Part shown: positions 38,201 to 47,191 of the stretch, one piece after another
How positions within the stretch are numbered: the first letter of the stretch is position 1
Layout: every line of letters starts with the position of its first letter
DNA from: a virus
Taxonomy: Duplodnaviria > Caudoviricetes
Strand: one strand, 5' to 3'
Virus record (IMG/VR): IMGVR_UViG_3300022752_006405
Span: 1 to 55,907 of that record
Length of the DNA: 55,907 nucleotides
Made by a program: the position numbers and the translations under genes
The notes under the pieces: generated by a model
What the model was told of the DNA's origin: nothing
Database searches by the model: none
Seen by the model: only the letters and a program-made list of their open reading frames with translations

Positions 38201-39147
38201 ATCGTCTTCCCTGGGATTTTTTTATCTTCGGTGCCTTCGAAAATTGATGTTAACCTAGTGGGTTTGAAAGAAATTTTCTCTGACAATGGATCATTTTGGA
38301 CTCGAACGATACCCGTCGAGATAGACAGAATATGCGAAATAAGCTCCGCACAAGCGACTAGCCTGTCCGATGTCGAGTCTGGCAGATTATCGATGTATTC
38401 CCAGGCGAACGTCGAGTCCGGAGCGTTGAGATCATTTTCTCTTTTTTGACTAACCCCATTTATAACGTCGGAATAGGATTTCTCGCTTTCAAATGTTAGA
38501 GCCTCTCTAAGAGCTCCTATCATTTTTTTTAGTATTTCAGAGTTCGTATCATTCTCGAGCTCATCAACCAGAGTTGTTAGAACACTTTTCGGATCAAAGT
38601 TTCTATTCTCAGGACTTTTCTCGTATTTTTTCAATCTATTCGAGAGATATTCCCTCGCGATAGTCGACGTTCTCTCATCTATTTTACGACCAAAATCAAG
38701 CGAGCTCTCTGCTCTCTCGATACTATCAAGAAATTGTGACAAGTCGTTAACGAGATCTATTGCCTCTGCCTGATCACGCTCTAATGCATCTCGCAAGGTT
38801 TGCCATTGACTTGCAACATCACTTTCGAGAGCTTTCTCTACGATATATTTCACGTCCTCCGTCGAAAGAGAGTGAACCGATCGAAGAACATCGTAATACA
38901 AGCCATAAGGAGTTTTACCAGTTTTTCCAATAGCGGCGCCCGACTCATAAACTCTATTGAAGTCAGATATCGCTATAATTTCTGCTGGTGGAGCGTTGTC
39001 GATTCGATCAACGCTGTCATTATTAGACTTTGACTGCTTAGAAGTGACGACGCCAACTTTGCTTGTTGCTGGCGAAATGTTCTTGAGTGTGCCAGCAGCT
39101 GGCTTAGAAACTGTTGTCTTTCTTCCAATCGCCGTTTTAAAAGCCAT
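35284..39147 (-). CDS. Large hypothetical protein (probably virion-associated) with central hydrophobic segment
   Basis: 1287-aa open frame in the baseplate block; apolar ALIASIGITVYASLLTAGLAAVAGG flanked by coiled coils. Confidence 0.6.
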   Translation of the reverse strand: MAFKTAIGRKTTVSKPAAGTLKNISPATSKVGVVTSKQSKSNNDSVDRIDNAPPAEIIAISDFNRVYESGAAIGKTGKTPYGLYYDVLRSVHSLSTEDVKYIVEKALESDVASQWQTLRDALERDQAEAIDLVNDLSQFLDSIERAESSLDFGRKIDERTSTIAREYLSNRLKKYEKSPENRNFDPKSVLTTLVDELENDTNSEILKKMIGALREALTFESEKSYSDVINGVSQKRENDLNAPDSTFAWEYIDNLPDSTSDRLVACAELISHILSISTGIVRVQNDPLSEKISFKPTRLTSIFEGTEDKKIPGKTIGPSPLPFRKSLSKIGPPSSTISLSLLQFDGKNGTPVIPVEVDDPAKKSSYISGPTALIRNPILDGEFNFPDLQSFSDKFEESRSDIESYLNLMIGQADPSNELTPVEVLRIIIRNFVDGLDYSTKSFDSMLQLLAAKFSPNDVSGISWSRAGGFNVNPRQHILRSAARIKYYQLKSVDLTSVDLNEGTASQSLSTTRTSKDSSSLKSDAEVTTSQTKSLSVTSSVDSRRALGQRVIARLAGDSPSAAELAGSIYDSIVSASKRGAMSRQDINNKISSKTKELNNFKAKKDAAEAALIASIGITVYASLLTAGLAAVAGGSAAINSAIKTLKFYTDKVESINEEIDDLRQLLRDSVTFLPVNAAKTSLEEAQKKTSENFFSQIVKSYNEILEAAEARLPTDELMTDDRGLTKYGKLDEFGLMSLVVECFVRLASLAQISSEVDSRENINPNVPSKGAVKSLKSDLMTLVSTDDETELGDIECDVGEPARTAILNLLSKQQRVQNIFAYFSAFSEVLKESTSELISKSSDLLADANRRQLIDNAEGRKLISSLTTQQIVYRKSLIERYSAKTNAGYIPARVAYSQFEDAALNELLASPDFSRRSSENNRIVTLAIPSGVINNEKRYVEKDIGHVNRSGMIEVIVGRKDHELDDLIFKEKVFLFDPQLFVSPESFDDLTSQRSTLNRDSALSIAKRTKFSLHDRTESFSLTYSSLRSNPRYSGLTEKQIDEIVRNTVISYLMESYLFKLCGSLFDECVSLNINSAPSAAGISAVVSLAGLNLQGVTLPNADQINSLIDDSGEILIDGSSGVLTTGDKELIGNLMSSLMLRSDKLTDRIFASSKFDRVLSVVVDPDDFEIDRAASIKQNGSAARMMLSSLRKQGLLIQDGEKIKVMPRDPLSGGFSVGSLYCQFIPHIASSESGSLLRISRQNLSSRLVSLPSVGLTAKSSKSSKLTGKSTKSITKSSKLKKISR

Positions 39148-39149
39148 AA

Positions 39150-41537
39150 TTAGAACTCCGCTGGCCCGACCATCGAGCCCTCACTGAGATTTACGAACAC
39201 GGGTTGTGCATAGTACCTGATGCTCTCGAGAGGAGCTGCGATTCTCTCGTCTAGATACATCATACTGGTTTGTCCTGAAAAATGAATCGCTCTTAAAGGA
39301 GCAAGTGTTCCATTGTAATCGGCGAACAATACGATGTGATCTATAATCTGCAATCCTTGATTCACTCTCCATCTGACAAAATTTCCTCTTGGGCCAGATT
39401 CAACTTGTAAGTTTTCGATGGCGGTATCACGAGAAGGTATTGTGACTTGAACCTCTCCCGTAAGAGAAGTTATTCCCTCAAACATTTCACCGTTGCTGCT
39501 TCTGTCAAGTGCAAGCTTCAAACCAGTTTTTGAGCCGATACCTAGTTGAGAAGCATTTGAAGACAAAGTTCCGCGACTAATTGTCTTAGGAGAAATAAAT
39601 TTTCTCATTTGGGTGCTGTACTGACGACCCGTTTCTAGATCCGTACTCGTGACTTGTGCGCTGTCGAATAAAGTGCTTGATGCTCGCAGCAAAAGCCTGA
39701 ACTGGTATATGTACGTTCTTCCTTGCACAAGGGCTGACACGTTTTTTGAATCGCGGGAACGAGTGCTATCTTCAAAAACGCCAGGGTTTATGATTCCGAA
39801 CGATTCATTTAGACCTGTAGTGGTGTCGAACCTCAACATTTCTAGCGCAGCTATTTTCCCGAGAAGTTCTCGATTTTGCTTTATTTCATCAACGTACTGC
39901 GTATCCAGTCCAGATGCTATCAGAGTCTCGTATATGAAATTAAGGTTAGACTCATCATTCGGAGTTTCAACCTGAAATGATATTTTAGGGTTAGGATCCA
40001 AAGCTACCGTCTGAGATCTTGATACGAGCTTATAGGTTGGGCTTTTTCCGCTATCTCCAACGTACTTGACTAGAGAAACTTTAGAAGAGCGATGAGTACC
40101 GCCTTTTATGTCGATAAGTTCCACAGCGTATTCATAACTTACACCCGGTCGACTTGGTCTATCCCTGAATTCTACAACCTCGCTTTCTCGATTAAGCTGC
40201 TGTATAATTTTTGTCTGCGCGACCTGTACGGTGTCGGGAGTTCTAAAAGTTGTCTCATACAGAGTGGGAGACCTTCTCAGAATCCTTACAGCGATTATAT
40301 CATTGGGAATATTAAAAACTCTGATTCTGATTCCTCTCTCATCCTCTGTCGCTAAGATAGAAGAAGTATCGGGATGGGAGCTTCTTTTTATTTCTCGTGC
40401 TCCGATCGTCACCGCGCTTGTGAACTCACCGGATGTTAATGAGAGTTCGTTGAATGGTACAACACGATAAATACACTTTCCAGCAGATGTGGGTCGATCG
40501 ACAAATTGAATTGTATCTCCCACAGAGGCTGGTATGTCAGCTATTGTAGAAAATGGCTCTGGGTTTGATTCGCTTGTTTCAATAACTCGACGATAAACTC
40601 GTAGACTTGCTCCATTTTTGTCACGTTGTCTAGCCCTAATGAAACGTGAAGATCCGACGACAGTAACGTCTAGGGTCGGTGGGATTGTTGGGACGATAAA
40701 TTCCTCAAAAGCCTCTCGAAGATTAACGTTGAAGCTTATCGTTTGCAGGATTGATCTCACAAAGTTAGCGCTAGTAACAGCGTCAATTTCAAATGTATAA
40801 GTTTTAAGAAGAGATTTATCAAGCTTGAAGATGCAAGCAATTTCGATCGATCTTTCCTCTTCATCTTCAATTTTTAACCTGCGATTTGTTCCCGTTCGTG
40901 ATGAGATGCTCTTACGAAAAAGCCTTTGCTTCACCGTCAACTTTGAGATATTGTCGACAGACCGCAAACCTCTAACTGCTGTCTGTACCGGGCTTTGAAA
41001 ATTGGCAACGTTAACCTCTGAGGCCGGATCTTTGGAATCGAGATGCAGCAGATCAGTTCTAAACGGACGTAAAGAATTACTATTTTTCACGATTTGAGAA
41101 TCTACCGAGGGTTCGATATCTTTGATTTCGATTGAATCATCTTCTCCAGGATCTGCTAGCTTTACAATCTTACGAGTTCGAACAGGAGCACCAGCTATGA
41201 TACTACGAGTTTTATCGTTCGGAAAGCTTTTCGTTAAATCAACCTCACCGCGTACAACGACGGTTGACTGCTTGCTTTGGGCATTCAACTTTCTCGTAGT
41301 TGGAGAGCTCAAAGCTACGGATGAATCAAGAGCTCCAAGTTTTTGTTTAGATTTTAAAATGCTTTGATTAGTAAGAACCCTAAAGCTGCAGAGATTAACG
41401 TTGTGTTCGATCGCAGCGAGAGCGTCGATCATAAAAAAAACTTTAACGGTAGCCTTTGTGCCGTCAATACGCAGAACCTCTGGTTCACGATCAGATGCGG
41501 ACACGATCTGCAGCTGCTTTTTCTGCTTGACTCGCAT
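39150..41537 (-). CDS. Structural protein with FN3/Ig-like beta domains (start revised to ATG 41537)
   Basis: LRVYRR...FVD...IYRVVPFN, FRD...SYEYAVE and TYIYQFR patterns. ATG follows GGAG and the upstream stop. Confidence 0.6.
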   Translation of the reverse strand: MRVKQKKQLQIVSASDREPEVLRIDGTKATVKVFFMIDALAAIEHNVNLCSFRVLTNQSILKSKQKLGALDSSVALSSPTTRKLNAQSKQSTVVVRGEVDLTKSFPNDKTRSIIAGAPVRTRKIVKLADPGEDDSIEIKDIEPSVDSQIVKNSNSLRPFRTDLLHLDSKDPASEVNVANFQSPVQTAVRGLRSVDNISKLTVKQRLFRKSISSRTGTNRRLKIEDEEERSIEIACIFKLDKSLLKTYTFEIDAVTSANFVRSILQTISFNVNLREAFEEFIVPTIPPTLDVTVVGSSRFIRARQRDKNGASLRVYRRVIETSESNPEPFSTIADIPASVGDTIQFVDRPTSAGKCIYRVVPFNELSLTSGEFTSAVTIGAREIKRSSHPDTSSILATEDERGIRIRVFNIPNDIIAVRILRRSPTLYETTFRTPDTVQVAQTKIIQQLNRESEVVEFRDRPSRPGVSYEYAVELIDIKGGTHRSSKVSLVKYVGDSGKSPTYKLVSRSQTVALDPNPKISFQVETPNDESNLNFIYETLIASGLDTQYVDEIKQNRELLGKIAALEMLRFDTTTGLNESFGIINPGVFEDSTRSRDSKNVSALVQGRTYIYQFRLLLRASSTLFDSAQVTSTDLETGRQYSTQMRKFISPKTISRGTLSSNASQLGIGSKTGLKLALDRSSNGEMFEGITSLTGEVQVTIPSRDTAIENLQVESGPRGNFVRWRVNQGLQIIDHIVLFADYNGTLAPLRAIHFSGQTSMMYLDERIAAPLESIRYYAQPVFVNLSEGSMVGPAEF

Positions 41538-41538
41538 C

Positions 41539-42453
41539 TCAGTCGATCTCCATCGTGAAAATGTTAACAAACGTTGGATTTCCGAACCCGTCCTGCATGA
41601 TCTTACCTGCGAATAAAGTTCTAATGTTTCTTGATGGATCCTGCCTTGATGGTCTCTCACCGTAGTCAATCACATCGAGCTTTGTGATGCTCGCGTCGTC
41701 TGATAGTTCGAATGCCTGCATTACCCAGTTGTTCTCGATTGATGTTGCCACAAATTCGATATCAGCGAATTCAAGATTTGACAGCCTTAATTCGAACGTC
41801 TGCTTATCTTTGTCGATGCTTTCATTGTCATCAGGAAAGCTGCCGATGGGCTGTCCAGACAAAGCTCCACGAGAATTTATCGGTGGAAGGTACTTAAAAT
41901 TCTGAAGCTTTGAGAGCCTAAAATCGTGGTTTAGACTTTCAATATCATCCACCACTGCAGATTTCACGTCTCCTGAGCTAAATGGAAAGTCGTCCCTAAT
42001 TGAAAAGTTTATTCTGCTTCTAGACAGCTGAAATCCTTGCACATCGTCGAGCGGATCTTCCGTGCCGATCACTTGCAGATTTTGCCAGCTCTCTAAAATA
42101 GCTCTTGAAATCGCTGCTGATGAATCAGAGAACGATCCAGTTCCAACAAGCGTACCTGATACCACAAGGTTATTTCCGTTCGCGCCGAAGGAATCGGCGC
42201 GATATGGAATGAGAAACCCAGAGTCGTCCGTTTCAAAAGTGATCAGATCGGAAGGAAGATCGCTTGCCGCCTCAAAATACAATCGATTTGTCGGATCTTC
42301 AATCACTCCATCCTCGTCACCCGAGTAGAAAGATCCCAAGTCCGTGAATGTCGCGTACTCGACGCGCATCTGACCTGAGGCGATCTGACGACGCCCTTGA
42401 TCGGTGATCACGACGTCCATGATCCTTGATTTTGAATCTAGAATTCCAGCCAT
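41539..42453 (-). CDS. Baseplate-associated structural protein
   Basis: MAGILD...DVVITDQGRRQIA...YATFTD; paralog of 32785-33495. Confidence 0.65.
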   Translation of the reverse strand: MAGILDSKSRIMDVVITDQGRRQIASGQMRVEYATFTDLGSFYSGDEDGVIEDPTNRLYFEAASDLPSDLITFETDDSGFLIPYRADSFGANGNNLVVSGTLVGTGSFSDSSAAISRAILESWQNLQVIGTEDPLDDVQGFQLSRSRINFSIRDDFPFSSGDVKSAVVDDIESLNHDFRLSKLQNFKYLPPINSRGALSGQPIGSFPDDNESIDKDKQTFELRLSNLEFADIEFVATSIENNWVMQAFELSDDASITKLDVIDYGERPSRQDPSRNIRTLFAGKIMQDGFGNPTFVNIFTMEID

Positions 42454-42460
42454 GCTACTC

Positions 42461-42467
42461 TAAGTAT
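42461..42467 (-). promoter_or_regulatory. Putative late-promoter motif ATACTTA, probably giving a leaderless mRNA
   Basis: 7 nt before ATG 42453, the same spacing as at 12975. Confidence 0.55.
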
Positions 42468-42474
42468 AATAACG

Positions 42475-45400
42475 TCAAACACTCAGAAGTGTCTCATCTG
42501 GATTATCGCTTCTATTTCTAGCGATGCCATCATCAAAAAATGGCATGGATGATGTCGCGAATGTACTAAGGTTCTGTGTGTGGGTATCTGTTGGATTGTA
42601 AATAACGTTGGACCCTGACACAAATCTTATTTTTATTGGCTTGGCTCCACCAACTGTTACGACGTGTTGCCGAGGTTCTAGCATGTCGCGAAAATATCCA
42701 TAGTGATCAGGGCGCCATCGAGCTGAGGTGAACTCAGGCTCAATATTTGAGATTCCGTATCGATACGTCCCTGCTTTTTCATTTCTTGGTAGAGGGTCTG
42801 CCGGAGTGCTGACTGTTGCATTGCTTCCACTTCCAATTTTGTGACCGAAATTGTAAAAACCATCCGGGTCTACATTTAACCAGAACTCACGATACAGGTA
42901 TCTCGTTCGAAATATCAAGTCTCTGGTTATTAGGAGACCAAATCTCTCGGCAGTTCTATCATCGTCCGTCGCGTATATTCTACTATTCGTCTCCTCGGGC
43001 CCACCGTACCGATCGATTTGGATAAACCCTCTCGGAATATTAACATTTCTCTCTGGATCAAATTGGAACGGGAACTGATTGGCTAGAAACCCACCCCTTT
43101 CTAGAAGATCTCTTTCAAAGTCTAGCCAATCTATAGAAATTTTTTCAAAATTAGATATGTTGAAAACTTGATTGTTATACAGCTGAACATCTATGTTGGT
43201 GCTTCCGTTAAGAAAATCGGCGTAGCTTGGTAAACAGCTGTCATACGTTCTTTCCTTAGCGTCGGATAGCTTCAAAAATCTCTGCAAAGAACCTGTTATT
43301 CCTGCCTGCCCTAACGAAACTCTCGATATAACACGTCGTGACTGATCCTGGTTGGTTGTTGAGAAAGTGACTCCATCTGATAACGGGGTCGCCATACTTC
43401 CTGTAACGATGTCATCGAGATATGATCCGTAATACGAAGAAACCGGACTAATTTGGAATTGATCGAATTGAGGTTCAGCACCTATGATCTCATGAATAGA
43501 GTTTGATGATAGATCCTGGTTTAAGGTGGACTCTACATATTTTCCATCTTTTATTAAGGATCCGTACATGTTGATGTTTATGTCACCCGGTGGGAGTAGC
43601 ATGTACGAAGCAGGAGATTCGAACGCCGATGTTTCATTTCCTTCATAGTACTTGTCTGCAGGAATTCCTGCATCGATGCCTAAAACTAGTTCGTCGCCCG
43701 GGAGTAAAAGGTACGGAGATTCGTAGACAGTGGATTCGTCTATCGATGATGGTATGTAACGATACGCCGATGGTGGAAAAGCTCTATCTACCTGATCGTA
43801 GTCTAAGAGAGTTTTTGTCAGAGATCCTGATACGGTCGGATCAAAATCATCGTCAAAGCTCAGTCCCGCTCCTGTCAAATTTCTTGCGTCACGCTCATCA
43901 TTCGTGAAAATGAAATTCTCGCGTCTACGATCTAAGTTTGAAATTCCGAGCGGGGTAACTGCTGCGTTCAGCCCAGTGTGAGTTGTGTATGTGGGCGGAA
44001 GCAAAGTCCCACTCAAACCGTATGCACCTTGAAAATATTGATAAGATCCATGCGTGTTTCTCGAGCTGTAAGTTCGTCCGCCCGCCCAGAAATTCTGCAG
44101 AAGCACCGGCGCTGGACCTGGGTTACTGGGATCATTGAAGCCAGTTCCGGGCGCGCCGGGCAGAGGAAGCTTGTATGGCCAACCCCCCAGATTAAATAAA
44201 CTCGAGCCAACAGGATAAGCGGCGCCCCCTCCGTTGTAGAATGAGCATGATCCGATGAGACGTGACGTTGCTTTCAAACCCGGAGAAACAACAGAGGGAG
44301 TCATCTCAAGTCTTACTTCCCTCGTGGTGCTTCCATTGACGGGTAGTCTCACGCTAAAATTTGGTGAGTGTAACGGGAGAGCGCTGCAGGCTGCTGTATC
44401 AATCACACAGACGGATGCCGAGGCAATCAAATACCTTTTTGACGTTGAGATGTCGGTTGTACCATCGACCTCGGTAGATCCTCGTCTAGATTGCCTGTAG
44501 AGGAATACGGTGTAATTTTCCATGTCCCGTAAGTTTGGGCTACCGCCGTGAAACAGACCAACTTTCATAGAAACTGTTAGCTTCTCGAGTAAAAACGGTG
44601 ACGAGATCTTATCGCTAATTGAGAAAACTTGGGATGCTGTCGCGTGGTAAACAGACCCGTAGTGTGGTGCCTCGCCGAGTATAGTCGGGTGACCAACGCT
44701 TTCATACCCCAACGTTCCGTATGTTGCAGACGGAATTGTTGAACCAGCGATATAAACGTTGGGAGACCACGAAAACTGAAATGGAGCGTTGTAGCTCGTG
44801 TTTCCTATTGATCCTGCTATCTTTTCATAGCTAACGCACGTTGAAAAATCTCGAGAAATTCCAGTTGCAACGTCGACTGAGCCCTTGTCCTCCCACGAAC
44901 CACGCGAAGGATTGAAATAGCAGAACCCTGTGACATCTCTGCCAGCAAAAAGTCCGGTAGGATCTAGGGCGTCTCCTTTCAACGATGAGTATCTTGTTAC
45001 GTAATGGTTCTCATTATTGCTAAATCTAAAATTGACGATTGTTTTTGAGGCAATCTTTCCAGAAAGTCCTGGTACAGTTGATTCACTCGTACCAGTTAGA
45101 TAGAAACTTGAAAGATCCAAATCTTTCGAATCTTCGTTAAACGGACCGATAGTCTCAGTCGGTGAATAATGCAGATGATTAGGCTGCTGGTACGATTTTA
45201 TTGGTAGTGAGGCGCTGATATCAGACTCCTGTCCTACGATATCAACAGCCTGTGAGATGAATGAGCTTCCCCTTGGTAACATCGCAGGAAAGACTACGTT
45301 TCCAGACTCTGAGAAGATTATTGTTGTTTTATCGCTGAAGCTTGACGTCAATACGCCCGTCCGAGTGGTATCACCCGTGCGACGCGTGGTGGAGTAAGAG

Positions 45401-45507
45401 CCGGGTAGGTCATCGAGCTCACGGATCATAAGACGCGGAGAGCGTGAGATGAATCCAGACCCCGTGATGTAATTTGTTCCCGTTACTTCCTGTCTAATTC
45501 TAGGCAT
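42475..45507 (-). CDS. Large virion structural protein (baseplate / receptor-binding candidate)
   Basis: 1010 aa, Ser/Gly/Thr- and aromatic-rich; assignment rests on baseplate synteny only. Confidence 0.55.
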   Translation of the reverse strand: MPRIRQEVTGTNYITGSGFISRSPRLMIRELDDLPGSYSTTRRTGDTTRTGVLTSSFSDKTTIIFSESGNVVFPAMLPRGSSFISQAVDIVGQESDISASLPIKSYQQPNHLHYSPTETIGPFNEDSKDLDLSSFYLTGTSESTVPGLSGKIASKTIVNFRFSNNENHYVTRYSSLKGDALDPTGLFAGRDVTGFCYFNPSRGSWEDKGSVDVATGISRDFSTCVSYEKIAGSIGNTSYNAPFQFSWSPNVYIAGSTIPSATYGTLGYESVGHPTILGEAPHYGSVYHATASQVFSISDKISSPFLLEKLTVSMKVGLFHGGSPNLRDMENYTVFLYRQSRRGSTEVDGTTDISTSKRYLIASASVCVIDTAACSALPLHSPNFSVRLPVNGSTTREVRLEMTPSVVSPGLKATSRLIGSCSFYNGGGAAYPVGSSLFNLGGWPYKLPLPGAPGTGFNDPSNPGPAPVLLQNFWAGGRTYSSRNTHGSYQYFQGAYGLSGTLLPPTYTTHTGLNAAVTPLGISNLDRRRENFIFTNDERDARNLTGAGLSFDDDFDPTVSGSLTKTLLDYDQVDRAFPPSAYRYIPSSIDESTVYESPYLLLPGDELVLGIDAGIPADKYYEGNETSAFESPASYMLLPPGDININMYGSLIKDGKYVESTLNQDLSSNSIHEIIGAEPQFDQFQISPVSSYYGSYLDDIVTGSMATPLSDGVTFSTTNQDQSRRVISRVSLGQAGITGSLQRFLKLSDAKERTYDSCLPSYADFLNGSTNIDVQLYNNQVFNISNFEKISIDWLDFERDLLERGGFLANQFPFQFDPERNVNIPRGFIQIDRYGGPEETNSRIYATDDDRTAERFGLLITRDLIFRTRYLYREFWLNVDPDGFYNFGHKIGSGSNATVSTPADPLPRNEKAGTYRYGISNIEPEFTSARWRPDHYGYFRDMLEPRQHVVTVGGAKPIKIRFVSGSNVIYNPTDTHTQNLSTFATSSMPFFDDGIARNRSDNPDETLLSV

Positions 45508-45508
45508 C

Positions 45509-47191
45509 TTACCTCTTCATCCCTGCGTATGCAATTGAATCTGTACCCGGAGAATCCTCCAAGTTAACGAATTGACCACTGCGAGCTGATATTGATCCGC
45601 GCGGAAAAAACTGCTCCGCGGAGACCCGACCTAGAGTTGCAGGATAATTCTCAAAGTATGTGGTGCTCTGATCTGAATTCTGCAGCAGATATAACGCGTT
45701 AGCTTGATCTGAGTCTAATTCTACATTGTAAAACTCGAACGAAGCTACTTTTCCTTGAAGATCGATTGTACTGGTAGAATAAAGACTTCCGATGTACATA
45801 TCGAATGATGAATTTTTAGGTGATGTGAAAGTACCGTCAGTTGCTGTCCCGCCCGCGTCTAGATTTCCATTTACGTATACCTTCAATGCTGTGGCTGGGT
45901 CTGTCCCGCCATTGTAGGTGAGAGTAATGTGATACCAAATTCCTGTCGATAGGATGGAAGATTGAGATTGAATATATCTGTTTCCCAGAACCGTGCTGCT
46001 TGTATCATTCACTCTAAATTGCACACGTCCCGTGTTGCTTGCAATCGCGCAATACTCAGCTACTTCACCGCTACCAATTTTTGCAAATATTATCTGATTT
46101 CCAGATATCACGTTGAGTTTAAGCCAAAAGCTAATGCTAATTCCTGATCCAAGCGACGCAATTAAAGCGTTGTCATGATATATCTTAACGCGATCTAATG
46201 CTCCTACCCCAGCGTCCGTTGTCAGGTCTATACTGCCACGATTTGTGATGTATCCCGGGTAATCTCCTAGATCTACAACTGCTGCATTTTCTAATGTTCC
46301 ATCGTTTCCATTTCCCGTCTTATCGACTATCGTATCACCAGATGAAGCAGCTTCCTCAAAGTTTAGGTGCATAACGATTAAGTTTCTAAAATCATGTTCG
46401 ATCAGTGACCCATTCAAGATCGTGTAGTAAACGACGTTTGCTGGATCCCAATCTGTCAAAGTTTGATTAAACGAATAACTCTCTGTGTATGTCCCGACGT
46501 TGTAATTCTCTTGGTCTTCCCAATCTGTTCCATCCTCGAAAGGTGGAGCGAGGTCCGAAGGGTCAGAAAAAAATCCAGGTTGCGGCAGGCCCAACGTGTC
46601 CTGCTCAAAGCACTCATCTAGGTAAGGCTCCGCAGATCGATCTACGGGATAGACATAATCAACGATCAGGTTACCACGCCGACGTACGTCCTCGGCTGCA
46701 TTTGAGAGAGCAGCGCGAACGCCATGCGGTTCGTAAGGCCAGTCTATGGAGTTTCTGGATGCACGAGCACGAATTGTCAACGGCTCGATAACTCCGTCAT
46801 ATCCGTCCAAGTCCTTAGCTGATAGATTCCACAGGACCTGTGGGTAAATCAACGTTGAGCCAGCATCCTGTATGAATGAGACAGGATCGAATTTCGCCAT
46901 ATCCTCAAAAATTGTATCGTCTTTAAACTCTTTTGGAGCTCCAAAGGACAGCTCCTCACGTTCAAAGTTAGGAAACTCCTCCACCTTACCAGTACCGACG
47001 GCGGTTGTCAGATTCTCATCGTAAATCCTAACATTATCTATGCGCTGCCCATCTACAACAAGAATATTGGAGTTCAGCGGTCTGATTTTAGGCATCATCC
47101 CCTGGTATACCTGTCCGAACGTGCGTAGCTCAACGCCTTGCAGGCTACCTGATATCGATTCGTTTCCGATCGTTATCGCTTGTGATGCCAT
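45509..47191 (-). CDS. LamG / concanavalin A-like domain structural protein
   Basis: D.TGNGNDGTL, ISISFWLK, GIWYHITLTY and VYVNG. ATG 47191 follows GGAGG and is TGATG-coupled. Confidence 0.72.
   Translation of the reverse strand: MASQAITIGNESISGSLQGVELRTFGQVYQGMMPKIRPLNSNILVVDGQRIDNVRIYDENLTTAVGTGKVEEFPNFEREELSFGAPKEFKDDTIFEDMAKFDPVSFIQDAGSTLIYPQVLWNLSAKDLDGYDGVIEPLTIRARASRNSIDWPYEPHGVRAALSNAAEDVRRRGNLIVDYVYPVDRSAEPYLDECFEQDTLGLPQPGFFSDPSDLAPPFEDGTDWEDQENYNVGTYTESYSFNQTLTDWDPANVVYYTILNGSLIEHDFRNLIVMHLNFEEAASSGDTIVDKTGNGNDGTLENAAVVDLGDYPGYITNRGSIDLTTDAGVGALDRVKIYHDNALIASLGSGISISFWLKLNVISGNQIIFAKIGSGEVAEYCAIASNTGRVQFRVNDTSSTVLGNRYIQSQSSILSTGIWYHITLTYNGGTDPATALKVYVNGNLDAGGTATDGTFTSPKNSSFDMYIGSLYSTSTIDLQGKVASFEFYNVELDSDQANALYLLQNSDQSTTYFENYPATLGRVSAEQFFPRGSISARSGQFVNLEDSPGTDSIAYAGMKR

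Noticed and set aside
20283-41669. Longest-ORF starts at 20342, 23873 and 41669
   Set aside because: They overlap upstream genes by 44-131 nt. Downstream in-frame starts (20282, 23828, 41537) have SD-like sequences and abut the upstream stops.
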